Made by a program: the position numbers and the translations under genes
Part shown: one piece after another, positions 14,201 through 28,033 of the stretch
Layout: each line of letters begins with the position of its first letter
Position numbering within the stretch: position 1 is the first letter of the stretch
Notes under the pieces: generated by a model
Told to the model about the DNA's origin: nothing
The model's input: only the letters and a program-made list of their open reading frames with translations
Databases searched by the model: none
Source of the DNA: Pecten maximus
Lineage: Eukaryota
NCBI RefSeq assembly: GCF_902652985.1
Contig: NC_047023.1
Span: 20,150,001-20,214,000, forward strand
Direction of reading: 5' to 3'
DNA: 64,000 bases

Positions 14201-17200
14201 TACAAAACATGTGTTATACTCAGGTTTTTACGATACATAAATGACGGGAAGCAATCAATCCTCTCCTCATTCTAATTGACTTGAGAACCGAATTTTGTTT
14301 TATTCTTTCTATAGTTCTAAGTCCAAACACAGTTGAAATCGTTCGTGACGTTCCTCTATGTACAAGTCATAGACTTTTTTTTGTCTCTGGCTTTTATTTG
14401 TGACTCGGTCACCATTTACGGATGTATGTAGTTGACATTACATAACACCACAAGAAATCCACAAAGACATCATTTCTTTTCAAGTGTCAACTTTGTATAA
14501 TTATTTGTATCTTAATTGTAACGGATATAGTTTTTTTTAAATTTATTTTTTGGTGTTTTCCTTTATGTCTTTGTTGATATAAATATACATATTTACATAT
14601 GTGTCAATAAAATATTTCATTGGTAAAAAAGATATATCTTTCATACACTAAACACGTTTGAAATGTATGTTACCACACTTAGAAGCTAAGTAGACAAGGG
14701 GCGTCTACTTAACTTGTAGACCGGATAAAACACATCGAAGTCGAGGTTAAAAGGACACTGTCCTTTAAAAGCTTCGTACCATCAAAGCCACGCAGCCTGG
14801 TAAGCTCGTTAATGGGGGAGTTAGTGTTGATGTGGTTCATTTTCACACCGATAATTACAAAGTAAAATAAATGATTAATTAATATATATTTTAAATATAA
14901 CCGTGTCCAACGTTTAGCGATAACAGAATTTTAGCAATTTTCGCAGAAGAAGGATTTCGCTGAATTTTGATTGTACTAATGGTAGTTTATCAACAGTTTT
15001 ATATGGTTAGCACTGTACGCTTATTTATGATTGTACTAATGGTAGTTTACCAACAGTTTTATATGGTTAGTACTGTACGCTTATTTATGATTGTACTAAT
15101 GGTAGTTTATGAACAGTTTTATATGGTTAGCACTGTACGCTTATTTATGATTGTACTAATGGTAGTTTATCAACAGTTTTATATGGTTAGCACTGTACGC
15201 TTATTTATGGTTGTACTAATGGTAGTTTACCAACAGTTTTATATGGTTAGCACTGTACGTTTATTTATGATTGTACTAATGGTAGTTTATCAACAGTTTT
15301 ATATGGTTAGTACTGTACGCTTATTTATGATTGTACTAATGGTAGTTTATCAACAGTTTTATATGGTTAGCACTGTACGCTTATTTATTATTGTACTAAT
15401 GGTAGTTTACCAACAGTTTTATATGGTTAGTACTGTACGCTAATATATAATTGCTTGCGCTAATCCGTTTTAATTAGTTTTTGCGTTAAAATTTAAGCAC
15501 GCTTAAATAAGTACATTTCCATTCGGTAAATCATCCTTAATTGTGATATACATTGTATATACATACAACATCCAGTTAATTTTACTTACATTCACTGAAC
15601 TATACTTCGTACAGTTATACATAGAGTTATTCCCCTTTGTTAATTCTTTAAATCTATGTCACCTATATTCACCCAACGTATAAGATTGATTTCTTAAAAA
15701 GACTGAATGTCACGCACTGAAATTGGAAAATGTTTACAGTACAAGATTGATGTTAATTTTTGCTATTGCTTTATCCGGAGTATCAATACCTTCAGGTAGG
15801 GCTTACGAATTGTTTCCCATTTCTTACCCCAATTACTATATTATTGGTCATCGGAAAGTTTATTGGCCATACAAATGTGATTATATTTAAAATTTCACTT
15901 AACAAGGTATCATCTGCAAATAATTTTAAGTAATAAAATATACTGATAGCAATATAAGCTACATTTATATCGTTTACAAACAACAAAAATAAAACGGGCC
16001 TAAAACAGACCCTTGAGTAAGACCACCATTTGCAGATTTTAAAGTTTAGAACAAGATAATTTTTTAAACCATCCTAACAATTTTATTTTATGCCATAGGA
16101 TTCTCATTTATGTATCAAAAGCTTTGCTTTTATCACAGAAAACAAAGGACTTATTTACCTTTATCGAGGGAATTTATGATATTATGGTATATCGAAGGTA
16201 GTTCATCAACAGTTGAATTTCCGCGGATAAAGCCTTACTGATGTTTAAGAAAATGTTTGATTTCATTCAAGTAGCTAAACAGATATTAAAAAAGACCCTT
16301 TTTCTATCATGTTACTAAAGCCGGATGTAACGGAAATGTAGGCGATCATTATAAAGCAGTCATCCTTCAATTCCTTTCCTATCTAATGTAGTTAATGCTA
16401 TTCTAGCATTTTAACAATCAATATCCAGAAATAGTTTCCTACTTTATTGCATTATTCCATTAAAAAACCCCCACCTTTTTGTTTGTCTTAAGTTGATAAT
16501 ACATAGCTACGAGTGTATTGTTCCGCCCCAACAGTACTTTCTAATTCTACAGTATATCATGGAAATAGAGCGAACAAGAATTTCAGTATTATACCCGAAT
16601 TATTGAACCATTGTCTTTACAGATTGTGGTGGTAAGAATGCTGACGTGTTCTTTGCCCTGGACTCCTCTAACAGTATCTGGCCAGAGGACTTCCGGAAAC
16701 AGATTGAATTTGTCACCGATCTTGTGGACACGTTTGACTTCAGGAACAACAAGACCAGGGTTGGCATCATCATATACAGTACCGACATATACACGAAAGT
16801 GTCACTGCAGTCGGGCTGGACTAAGGAACAGATCAAACGACAGCTCAACAACACAGAATATGTCAGTGGACTAACAAACACCTCAGACGCCATACGCTTT
16901 ATCCGTTCCTATGGTTTTACTGAAGCAAATGCAAGAGAAGACGCTATCAAAATTGCGATCATACTGACTGATGGTATTTCACGAGATCCTTTGGCAACAA
17001 AGCGTGAGTCCATACTCAGCAGAGAAGATGGTATAAAGTTGTTCGCTATAGGAATTGGTACAGACGTCGATGAAACAGAACTCAAGCGAATTGCAAACGA
17101 CCCAGACGACAAGTATGTGTTCCACGTCAGTAGCTTTGGTGCACTAGCCTCTATCAGGAGTATGGTTGCTGTCAGCGCATGCGGAGTGGTACCCGATCAA

Positions 17201-17954
17201 CCTAGCAATTTGTTTTGTAAGTGCAAAAACATAGATATGTAAACATATTCTATTTGAAATAAAATACGAAGAAAATTAAATCAAAAGTGAAGAGTAACAG
17301 AGGAAAGAATCCTCTAACGTGATTCAACCTCAAATATTTCAGTTCCTCATTCATTTTTTTTTAATTTCAGCCTGCGGCGCCGATTCCTTAGCTGACGTCA
17401 TATTTGTTTACGACGCTCCTGGCCTTGGTGCCCGCAAGGCGCGCCTATTGACATCATTTGTTCATGACGTCACTCGTAGTCTCCAGACCAGCTCCGGTAA
17501 GCTGAGGATTGGTCGCAGGTCTGACAGCTGTCCTTCCAATAGCAACATCGACTTGACAACTGATATCAACCTGCAAGCATTCAGCAACATCATGTTTCCT
17601 GGGATTGAGACGCTACTTGGACAACTTAGAATGGCGTTTCCGAATAGATTAGACGCCAAAAATTTAGCGATAGTATTTGTAGACGAAAGTACGCAAAACA
17701 TCGAGTTGGCAACTAGAGTTCTGAAGGGGGACCTCAATTTCCACGTAATGGTAATTGCTATTGGCGACATGTCTTTAGCCAGAGTTGCAAGTGACCTTGC
17801 CTCTCTTCCATACAACGACTACCTGATGAACATACCATCGTATATGTCTCTTGGGGAATATCGATACGAATTCCTCAAGAAACTCTGCTATCTCATCACA
17901 AACGAACCAATATATTTACGAGATACCAGAGTAAGACAAACTCGTGATCTCTGA
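8236..17954 (+). CDS. Gene A: secreted triple-vWA protein with mucin-like Thr/Pro/Ser linker (collagen VI/matrilin-like vWA), ~1052 aa, 6 exons
   Basis: Exons 8236-8277, 8558-8591, 10783-11355, 12609-13940, 16623-17216, 17371-17954. All GT-AG, phases 0,1,1,1,1, total 3159 nt in frame. Signal peptide MWFHIVIATAILLMNEVES-AP. vWA1 DVVFLLDSSQE..ITDG, vWA2 DVFFALDSSNS..LTDG, vWA3 degenerate DVIFVYDAPGL. An extra exon hidden in the 9854-9982 gap cannot be excluded. Confidence 0.88.
9854..9982. other. Assembly gap (N run) in intron 2 of gene A
   Basis: Run of N. Confidence 1.
10243..10387. mobile_element. Long imperfect palindrome (hairpin-ended non-autonomous element, Crypton-like by inference)
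   Basis: gcattaaaatgccttctttgg...caaagaaggcagttcaatactta; ends resemble those of 45590-45749. Confidence 0.5.
10628..10695. repeat. Short inverted repeat / hairpin
   Basis: caggacaaaagtattcgcacgatt ... aatcttgtgaatacttttgtcctg. Confidence 0.75.
10783..11355 (+). CDS. Gene A exon 3: vWA domain 1 (MIDAS partly degenerate, DSSQE)
   Basis: CGPMDVVFLLDSS...TRVGVI...TNTG...AIVITDGRS...MFVIGV...SCE; phase 1-1. Confidence 0.92.
12609..13940 (+). CDS. Gene A exon 4: mucin-like PTS region with 20-aa (60-bp) tandem repeats and a basic Tyr/Lys/Met-rich tail
   Basis: ~10 copies of TTNIPSTPAPTTRSPISSTT-like units; acceptor catgcag, donor T|gtaagt. Confidence 0.85.
14968..15440. repeat. 60-bp minisatellite, ~8 copies, in intron 4 of gene A
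   Basis: Unit tgattgtactaatggtagtttatcaacagttttatatggttagcactgtacgcttattta. Confidence 0.97.
15790..16400 (-). mobile_element. Decayed CR1/L2-type LINE reverse transcriptase fragment
   Basis: Minus-strand motifs FCDKSKAFD, QGSVLGP, LFVNDI and LFADD, broken by frameshifts/stops. Confidence 0.75.
16623..17216 (+). CDS. Gene A exon 5: vWA domain 2 (intact MIDAS)
   Basis: CGGKNADVFFALDSSNSIW...TNTS...LTDG...LFAIGIG. Confidence 0.92.
17371..17954 (+). CDS. Gene A terminal exon: degenerate vWA domain 3
   Basis: CGADSLADVIFVYD...LRIGR...AIVFVD...MVIAIG...KLC; stop TGA at 17952-17954. Confidence 0.85.
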
Positions 17955-19164
17955 GAGACTTCAATAGAGCTGAGATCTGTTTGTCGACACTTATTCACGA
18001 AGTGCAACTGGTAATGCAAATTTAAGCAAGTTTTAAAAATATAGTTTGTTAATATAAAACATTTACTGTTTTAGCAATGTTAGGGAATGTATATTTATGT
18101 TTTGGAACACTTTTGGTCGGTCGGTGTTTTGGCGGATGATCGTTTCAACCAAGCTTCACGAAGACTTGAGGATGCCATTATTGTTGTTTGCATCAGTTAT
18201 CAGGAAAACGGATGTGAAAACGCACGTACCTGTGGTATGTAAAATAAGCAGACTATTTCATCCCAAAATAATTGGCACTGGAACTGGAGATGATGGTAAA
18301 TATCGAGCGGAATGATTCCGTTTTTTCACTGAACCGTTCCAGAAACTGTTTGGGAAACCCAAGTTTGTCATAGACACTGCTGAAACTGTTTTGTATATGC
18401 GTGGAGTTTAAACGAGAGTGGACGTATGGAAAAGAACGTGTAAAAAGGGAGAGAATCAAGTTAATTTTCATTGTAAGAATACAGCTGCATTTAAATAAAT
18501 GATTGTATACTTTGTTATATTTGTTTTTACAACAAAACATAATAAAATGAAATACATAATTCTTTCTAGCTTTCATATCAATATATTACCTCACATCAAA
18601 TTATCACAAGATAATAAGACAAAGGACGCATTTCTTTTGGACATTGTCATTCTTTGTAATTTCAATTTAAATGTTTGGTTGATTGTGGTATATTCTATCA
18701 GTTATATTTAATTGAAGGTTATCATATTATTAAACATTTACCTACGGACTCTCATACTTTTAAATAGAGTAACTGAAGACCTATCGAACTGACTTTCATA
18801 GTTTTCGTTACCTTAACACACGAAACTTTCGCTATTAGGCTCTCATAGTTTTCATGTAACTTTACACCTGTCTTTTATTGTCTGATGTAAAGTGTTTAGT
18901 AACTTTGCACAAAACTCTCATTATTTTACCTTATTTTACACCTACCTTTATTGTCAGACGTAAAGTTTTCAGTAACTTCAATCCTTTCTCATAATTTTCT
19001 AGGAAATCACAACTATCATTTCTTGTCTGGCGTAAAGTCTTTAGTAACTTTACTCCATCTTTCAATGTTTTCACGTAATTTTACACCTATCATTTATTAT
19101 CGGACGTCAAGTTTACAGTAACTTCACTCCTAGTTTTCATATAATTTTACAATTATTTTTTGTA

Positions 19165-19717
19165 TGCTGGATTTTAAGTTTCAAGTAACTTTACTCCTAT
19201 CTCTAATATATTTCAGTAACTTTACTCCTATCTCTCATTGTTTTCAGTAACTTCACATCTATCTCTCATAGTTTTCAGTAACTTTACTCCTTTCTCTCAT
19301 AATTTTCAGTAACTTTATTTCTACCTCATAATTTTCAGTAACATTACCCTTTTCTCTCATAGATTTCAGTAACTTTATTGCTATCTCTCATAGTTTTTAG
19401 TTTACTCCTATCTCTCATAGTTTTCAGTATCTTTACTCCTTTCTCTCATACTTTTCAGTAACTTTACTGCTATCTCTCATAGTTTTCAGTAACTTTACTG
19501 CTATCTCTAATAGTTTTCAGTAACTTTACTGCTATCTCTAATAGTTTTCAGTAATTTTACTGCTATCTTTCATAGCTTTCAGTAACTTTACTGCTATCTC
19601 TCATATTTTTCAGTATCTTTACTGCTATCTCTAATAGTTTTCAGTAACTTTACTGCTATCTCTCATATATTTCAGTACTTTACTGCTAACTCTCATAGTT
19701 TTCAGTAACTTTACTTT
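19165..19717. repeat. 31-bp minisatellite (degenerate copies extend back to ~18790)
   Basis: Unit cagtaactttactcctatctctcatagtttt. Confidence 0.92.
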
Positions 19718-19759
19718 TAACCGAGGTATTTAATGTGTAATTATATAGTCAATGAAAGT

Positions 19760-20270
19760 CTGTACCGAGATATGGAGTGTGCAATCAGATGGCAAATCAA
19801 AATCCGTACAAAGGTATGGTCAAATCACATGGTCAATCTAAGTCAGAACCGAGGTATGGAGTGTGTAATCATATGGTCAATCAAACTCAGTACCGAGGTA
19901 TGGAGTGTGTAATCACGTGGTCAATCAAAGTCAGTACTGAGGTATGGATTGTGTAATACGTGGTCAATCAATGTCAGTACCGAGGTATGGAGCGTGTAAT
20001 CACGTGGTCTATCAAAGTCGTTACCAAGGTATGGAGTGCGTAATCACATGGTCAATCAAAGTCAGTACCGAGGCATGGAGTATGTAATCACGTGGTCAAT
20101 CAAAGTCAGTACCGAGGTATGGAGTGTGTAATCACGTGATCAATCAAAGTCAGTACCGAGGTATGGAGTGTGTAATCACGTGATCAATCAAAGTCATTAC
20201 CAAGGTATGGAGTGCGTAATCACATGGTCAATCAAAGTCAGTACCGAGGTATGGAGTATGTAATCGCATG
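19760..20270. repeat. 44-bp minisatellite, ~11 copies
   Basis: Unit gtaccgaggtatggagtgtgtaatcacgtggtcaatcaaagtca. Confidence 0.92.
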
Positions 20271-20995
20271 TTTGGATGTATCCTCCGACCTTAGATAAGA
20301 AAGATTTTAACATAATCAATGAATAAAAGAAATTTGAATTATTGAATATTGCACACCCTTTTGTATGTATTTTACGGTTGTAATTCTTGTAAGTAAACAT
20401 ATTGCCCAACGCTCTGACCCGCTGTAATATAAGTAAATTCACATATACTATAATTTCGTCTTACTGTCTGTATTATATGTAAACATACTTCTGGTTTGTC
20501 TGACTTCTTGTCTGTCTTGTAAGAAATAACGTACCCATCGGCTTGGAGAAGACGTATGAGATAATCACTGATACTGTTGTACGTGTCCACAAACAGTGAG
20601 TAAGGTTGTAGGTAATCATACATATAGCCGTCAGAAGTGATGGGATCTATGATAATTATAACAAAAGACGTGTTTAATTTTAATGTTTCATTTTCAAAAA
20701 TATGTAAAAATATAAAAAGACGTATTTATAACATTAAACATTTCGCCAAGAACAAGAATAAAAAGGCACAAACAACAAACATAAACAATTCACCGGCAAT
20801 GCACCACTATGTTCTGGAGTTACCTCCCTTGGCTCGGTTGTGGTTTTCATAGCCTATACAATTGATCTATCCACACAAATCTTTTGGTGGAATCAACACA
20901 TAAATAATAAGACGATAATACTGTGTCTACTGTGAGAATCAGTGGTTGCATTCATTGTTTGATCATAGGTGTTTATCGACAGCAATGTGTGTATT

Positions 20996-21552
20996 TTACA
21001 GTCTGATATGGAAATACTCCAAGTCCAGTACCGGGCAAAGCAACTCCAGGAATGCGTCTTTGTATGATAACAACTCCCTGTATGATGGCACGCGGATGAA
21101 GGTGTTATGAGCCAAGTATGGGATATTAGTGGACTCGTCTGCTCCGATCACTACTGTGACAAACCGTGTGTCGGGCATGGTCGCCATTTGTCTCACAACC
21201 TGATCGACATCGTGAAGTCTGTTATCCAAGAATACGATGGCCACAGATTTGGCACCTGCTCTGCCACCATTTAACGTGGAGAAACCAGAAGCGCGAAGTT
21301 TCCTTATCAAATCGGTGATGCCCGGAAGAACTTGGTTGGACCAAACATGGATGTCATCGGGAGATGAGAGAGCAGTGTATGCGTCATTCAAGCAATCATA
21401 CAACATGCGTCCTACGCGGACATTTCCAGAGGGGACATCCAAGCTCTGGACGATTTTGGAAACAAATTTGGAGATATAGCTGGTTTTCGACTGTCCAAGG
21501 GAAAGAACGTCATACATGAAAAGAACGTCTGACATATCTCGGCTTCCACAAA
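20996..21552 (-). CDS. Gene B terminal exon: degenerate vWA domain 3
   Basis: CGSRDMSDVLFMYD...VRVGR...NGGR..AKSVAIVFLD...LLCP; stop TAA. Confidence 0.88.
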
Positions 21553-24500
21553 CTGAAAAACATAAATTGCATTGTTTGTATTAAGGCTTTTTCATTATGT
21601 TTCTATTTTTCAAAGAGTCGTTTAGTAAAACAGAGTTTTACTTCCTGATAAAAGATCACATATATAATTTCTTTTCCCTAGTGTTATAAGTTTTGTACCA
21701 ATGAACATCGTAATACAGTTTAATTTAACGCTTAGTGTACTTACGCTTTTCAATATCCAGTTCACACGTCCTCGAAGCCAGAAGGTCCTTAATGGAATCC
21801 AATGCCCGGAAGCTCCTGACCTGGAACACATGCTTATCATGGGGTTCATTCCCTATATTCTGGAGTTCCTGAAGTTTTGCGCCATTTCCTATACCGATAG
21901 CAAATAGATATATTCCTTGATTCCGGGCAAGATCTGATTCTATTTTTGTTTGCATTTGGTCTCGTGAGAGTCCATCTGTGAGGACGATAATAATGTGAGC
22001 CACGCCCTCCCGTCTCCTCTCCTCCGTAAAACCACTTTCTCTGACAAATCGGATTGCCTCAGCAGTATTAGTTGTACCATAAGCATACGGGATTCTCTGA
22101 ATGGCGTCAGACAAACTTCCTACTGTGTTTGCAGATCCGAGAGGGACTTCAAGGTTGTATGAATTACTGAAAGTCACGACCCCAACTCGAGTTTTGTCCT
22201 GGGAGATATCAAATCTGGAAACCATGTTCTTGACGAATGTCTTCTGGCGCTCGAAGTTGTATTTTCCAATACTAGTTGAGGAATCCATCAAAAAGTAAAT
22301 ATCTGCTGGCTTTCCGGTGCAGGCTGAAGAAAATAAAAATTGAAAATGAAGAATCATGTAAAATAAAATAGTAAAATAGAAAATAAACCACAGAGGCAAA
22401 GCTCAAGGGGAAAATGTTACCGCTGCCGTAACAGGAATGAGGATCCTTCAGGACATAAAAGACGACGTTATTCCCTTAAACAAACCGGAGATGAAAGAAA
22501 ACACTAGATCGGCTACGTACCTTTGATGAAGAGAGATGGGTCGATGTCCCCGACAGGTGGCAATGTCCATGAGGTGTTCCTCCTTCGCGTGGTGGTTATA
22601 GCTTGGCGTGTTGGTCTAGGTGTTATTGGCCTTCTGGGAGTAAGCCGAGCTGTAATTGGCCTCCGGGGAGTTGGCCTAGGTGTAATTGGCCTTCTGGAAG
22701 TGGGTCTAGGTGTTGTGGGTCTGGGAGTTGTAGGTTTACGTGTTGTAGGTCTTGATGTTGTAGGTCTAGGTGTTGTAGGTTTGGTTGTGGTAGGTCGAGG
22801 AGTGGTGGTTGAAGTAGTGGTGGTAGTGGTTATCATTCGTCTTGTTGTTGATCCTGGAAAATTCATTACATATACAATTAACTATATCTAGATATAAGTA
22901 AATACATTTACACCAGCAAATCATACGTATATTAAAAAAATCAATACACATACAATTAAATACATCTAGATATAAGTGAAAACATTTACAACAGCAAATC
23001 ATACGAAAATTAAAAGAAAAAAAATGTCTTCGCCATACCTAGTTCATTTGTTGAGTTGGATGTCAGGATATTTAGACAAGAATAGTCACTTACTAAGAAT
23101 ATAATAATAACACTGACACGAGTCTGTCGTGCCAGGAAGCACTTGGGTTTCTCATTAATCAATTACTTGACTTATGATTTATGTTAGGCGATTGTTCCGG
23201 TATGCCTGTATTGTTAATACTTCTTCAGATATTACTGTTATTTTGGCATCTACTCGATCATAAAGGCAATTTAACTTAGATAACTGGCGAAATAGGAGAC
23301 TTTTTATCATGAAGACTTTAGTTTACGATCCACGCCACTAGCTGACTTGTGACCCCATACACAGTTGTCTGTCATGCCAGGGTGGCATAAAGTGTAGACT
23401 GCGGAAGATTGTAGGCGGTAATGAAGACATGTTCAGGACCATTTGAAAGACTGTAGCCATTTAATAGGTGCATAGCAAAACATATGTATCCGGTGCTCAA
23501 CAGGACACCACAGTGCTTTCGTAATGTTTGGCAATATTCGAAACAGATAACCTTAACTTCCTCAATGATAAAATGTGCAGTAGAGAAAAAATGACATGTG
23601 CATGTTTTGTAAGGAGCGTTTGATAAGATGAACATTCTGCTTACAGTGTTATAGAGTTGATTCATTTTAAATAACATCCGTTACAAAATAATCAAATATC
23701 TGATTTAAGCAATTGATATTGCTTAGAAAATGTTAATATTTTTACTCCAATTAAACATATTATGATGCCTTTGAGCTTCCTTCACACGCTATGGTAAACA
23801 CGTCTACACTAACAAACGCATATTGTTAATCTTTCGGATGATTGCGAGTAATTAGTAGAAATATCAGTTATTTGATTGTAGTATCGAATGTGAGAATACC
23901 TATACGTCGTTATTCTTTTGACATAGCTCAAATTGGAATATTGCATTGATTTAAATTATTTTTCTAATCCAAAAAAATCATCGAAAACCTCCATTGTTGT
24001 ACGTCTTCAATAGTGAGGTATACCACTGTTAAACGCAATGAAGTATCTATTTATTTTGTATAAACATTATATAAAGACCCGGGCGTTGTTATGGTTGTAT
24101 TAAAAGTAATTTAAGGTCGATGAGAGACAGGCTCAGAACATTGATGGATGATTGATGTGTTTCAATATCATGCTAGCTAAATTATAAATGAGTTTTCTAT
24201 ACTTAAATATTATTTTATTACTACAGTGCATCCCGACATTCATGATACAGGTGATTTGAACTTTAAATGTGCTATATATTTATTGATATGGGTCGCCGCA
24301 TCTTCTTGAGCGTTATTTTTGATCTAGAGGAAATTGCTTATAACTGACAAGGCGCATGAAATGTGATCACAGACACGAGCACATAATGAAACCCGGATAG
24401 GTTTGACGAGTGTACCTACTTACACATCAATTCGTCTTTTATAAACTCCAAAGTGTCTTGAATTGAACGAACTTCACGAACTTGTATGTAAGAGTTTATG

Positions 24501-26685
24501 TGCCAAACATAACACGAATTTATAAACAATAAACATTCGGCTGAATGACAACTTGATTGATGAAGTACATATTTGCCAAGAACGGCACTCAGTGAACAGC
24601 CATTAGCTCTTCAAATAGTGTTTTAAGAACCATTTTATCTAAAGCGCTACTTAGTAAGTCAGGAAAGGTTGTCGCCTGTTGCCAGTAATAAAGACTTATG
24701 CAGCTTAATTGGTCACATGACATGATAACAAATTATCACATGATTTCTTTTATATCGCTGCTTAGATAAATCATTCAACTCATCGTTGAACTAATATACA
24801 ATGCTACATGTTGTCAGTGTTAATATAAACAATGCTAATTGTCGCTATACTCAACAATGTTGATAAAAAACCCAATATCATCATATCAAAAACTAATTAC
24901 GATATATATAACATAATCTGTTTTAAACTTCAGAATGTTAATGATGTTGCAATAATTACCTCTACATGCACGTTGCTTGAAGACATCCTTCTCAGACAGC
25001 AGGGCGTCATAGTTTTCCACAGAGAAGAAGTACCTATCGTCAGGATCGCTAGCTATACCTCTCAGTTCACTCTCCTTAACGTTCGGTCCAACGCCAATGG
25101 CGTAGATCTCAATATCCTTGTTATGAGCTGCCATGGCAGCCTCTAGCGTCTTCCGCGACTCCTGCGACTTTCCATCTGTGATGACAATGGCGATGTGAGG
25201 CAGGTCTTCTCTTCCTCCATTACCCCGCTGGAACATGCGCGTTGTCATAAACTTGATAGCACTTCCAGTATTTGTCCGGTCACCTTGTCTGTGACGGATC
25301 TTCTTGATAGCAGCTCTGACGTCAGCGACATTTTTGTACCTATTGAGCTTGAATTTGACATAGTAGCTCCTGGCGAATGTCAAAACCCCGACACGGGTTT
25401 CGTCAGGGCCAATATTGAATCCACTGACAACACTGTCGACAAATTCCAGTTGCTTCTGGAAGTCTGGATTCCAGATACTACTTGAAGTGTCCAGCACAAA
25501 CACAATATCAGCGGCTTCGTTACACAGGGACTCAGTGGCTACATCAACAAATGCAACAATTAATAAATTAATACAAATGATTTCGAGGTTAAGGATCATG
25601 AACTGTAATAGATTGATACAAAATATATTTTTGATGGATCTGTATACGAAAAAGTTATTTTTCATTACATATAATGTAACGTGCCTTAGTTAGTTTTCAA
25701 TAGTATATGGAATAGTAACGATGTTTCAGATTTGTTTTAGACAAATGAAAAAAGGAAATGTTTGAAAAAGATAGCAAATGAGTTTTACACGTGAGACACA
25801 AACCAAAGATAAAAACGGGGAAGGATGAGAACGTTAATACAATCATTTATAATTTGTTACCAGGATGGATTTAAGGGAAACACCATATGTTTATCGCAAA
25901 CTTCTGATGACATCACATAATATACCATATTTACCATACAGGCGATATATGTTGAATACATAACATTATCCTGGTATATAACAAGTGATATGGACATATC
26001 AAATTAATACGGTTAATATTATAGGCTATATTATAATAGAGCTGTAATGATCTCGCTAACATTATTGCATTTTCGTTTTCTACTTCAATTCCTCGTGTAG
26101 AATAGAAGTAATCGATAAAACAACGTGTTTTTGAAGACTATTGTTAACATGGGCATGTGGATAGGATACTTACATCTGCGTTGCGCATGCACTTGCAGGA
26201 GTGCCTGTTAAAGAAAAAATAAATAAAACTTATTAGTTAAATATTTATTGCTTGCATTTATATTAAAAAATGGGAATTTTCGACAAATCATGTGCTTGTA
26301 TTGTTACCGTGTACATTGGCTAAATAAAGGAGAGTATAGCATGTACATACGGTTAACACATGGGAATAAATGAGATTGAGATCGAACGTAGTCAGCCCAC
26401 ATTATAGCACAAGTGATAAAAAGCTTAAGGAAATTAATTCTTATAATTTTTATCAATTCATAAGAATTTTAGGTAACATGCATGTAATTAGTAGATTTTT
26501 CTGTTTCGACTATTACAACTACGACATTCAACGATTCAACGGATTATTTCTATTTATTATATAATAATAGCCCCAAAATAAGTCAAAATTATCATAAATA
26601 CCAATAAAGTGGTAAAGAAAAGAAAACATATAATAGGAAAATACAATAGACTTACCAACGCAGCAATCAACAAAAGTATCTTCAT
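20996..26685 (-). CDS. Gene B: secreted triple-vWA protein with Thr/Pro/Arg-rich linker, ~702 aa, 6 exons
   Basis: Exons 26685-26656, 26204-26174, 25538-24960, 22853-22521, 22323-21745, 21552-20996. All GT-AG, phases 0,1,1,1,1, 2109 nt in frame. Signal peptide MKILLLIAALALLQVHA-QR. vWA1 DTSSS, vWA2 DSSTS, vWA3 degenerate DVLSL. Confidence 0.92.
21745..22323 (-). CDS. Gene B exon 5: vWA domain 2 (intact MIDAS)
   Basis: CTGKPADIYFLMDSSTS...TNTA...LTDG...LFAIGIG...RTC. Confidence 0.93.
22521..22853 (-). CDS. Gene B exon 4: cationic PT(T/P)xR pentapeptide linker
   Basis: TTTPRPTTTKPTTPRPTTSR...PITPRPTPRR; ttttccag acceptor, G|gtacgt donor. Confidence 0.85.
24960..25538 (-). CDS. Gene B exon 3: vWA domain 1 (intact MIDAS)
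   Basis: CNEAADIVFVLDTSSSIW...TNTG...ITDGKS...IYAIGVG...RAC. Confidence 0.93.
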
Positions 26686-26763
26686 TCTAGCGAGTTTGTC
26701 CTTAGGTTACAGTGACCAGTTACACTGTGGTTGCAGTCAGTGATGAAGATGCGGTTTAGATCT

Positions 26764-26771
26764 TATTTATA
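26764..26771 (-). promoter_or_regulatory. TATA box of gene B
   Basis: TATAAATA on the minus strand ~80 bp upstream of ATG 26685. Confidence 0.65.
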
Positions 26772-27859
26772 CACAAGAATATGATTCATAAAAATAACCC
26801 ACGCGTAATTATAAGTATGAGAAAAAGAGGAATTCTCACGTACACTATCAAAGGTAGACATGCCACAAAAGGAATTGACTCCACCCATCCTGTCCTCCCA
26901 TTGGTGAAATATCTGTCAATAATGCTTAAAATATACAACAGACTACTTCAGCGTGTTGCGTAGTATTATATACACTGAGATTTATTGTTTTCTGCTACGA
27001 AATCCTCTTAGCCTATCGCCCTCCGCTTCCTTAGGTAGGAAACGGTGGTGGTATGAATGGAACGTGACGTCATCCTGGGAAGGGAGGTCTGCATGATAAC
27101 CTATCATGACTATGTGATGAATGTGGTGGATCTATTTCTTTATTTACTTCAGATGATAAGTGATAGCATAGCTCGGGGATAGGGATTGGAATGTGTTTTT
27201 ATGAAATAATACATGTTTGAAAAATCTTAAATATTCAAATAATGTTGTTTAAATTCGGCTGTTTATATAAACCCAAATGGGGTTGGTATTTTGGCTATCT
27301 AATTTTAATTGATATTAATATATATACTAATAGATAAGTTAAAATTTACTAGCTTCATTTGTTATTACGTTTGCAATGAATGACCTTTTATCACAAACAT
27401 TTATGTATTGAAAAAAGAAAATGTGATATCCAATTGTTGCATTTTAGTGAATGGTATATAGAGAATCCTAGATCTTTGACGACAATCACAGTTAACACAA
27501 AATTCCGTCCATGGTTCATGAAATTAATCAATTCCGTCCTGTGTCCTCTTTCAATTTGTCGAGACATTTTTGTTTTTCTATTTTTTCCCTGATGTACCGC
27601 TGCTTATAATATATAACTTTCACTACTTCATTTCATTTCAACCCGTGAAAGAGTGAGGGAAGTATATGCCTGCTATATATCTCATTATGACGTAATTAAG
27701 ATACTAATTTTGGATCCCATACAGGGTCAGAATGATTTCCCTAACGTCTCGACATTAGAAAAATCCAAACGTAAAGTAAACTGCAATTCATGTCAATCAC
27801 AGGAGGCAAATTAAAGAAAACTCTGAAACAGGAATGGTCTCCTTTTTTTACTTGTGATA

Positions 27860-28033
27860 CACAGGCAATATTTCTTCACGTGCATTTCACGTGAATTTCA
27901 CGTGAATTTTTTCATGTGAATTTCACGTGAAATTCACGTGAAAAAAATTCACGTGAAATTCATGTGAATTTCACTATTTTGCCCTTTTCACGTGAAATTC
28001 ACGTGAAATTCACGTGAAGGAATATTGCTTGTG
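27860..28033. mobile_element. MITE with CAC...GTG termini, flanking TA dinucleotides and an internal (TTCACGTGAA) palindromic array (EnSpm/CACTA-like by termini)
   Basis: TIR cacaggcaatatttcttcacgtg / cacgtgaaggaatattgcttgtg; TA on both sides. Confidence 0.75.

Noticed and set aside
14967-15443. 158-aa hydrophobic repeat ORF
   Set aside because: Translation of an intronic 60-bp tandem repeat; gene A splices in frame without it
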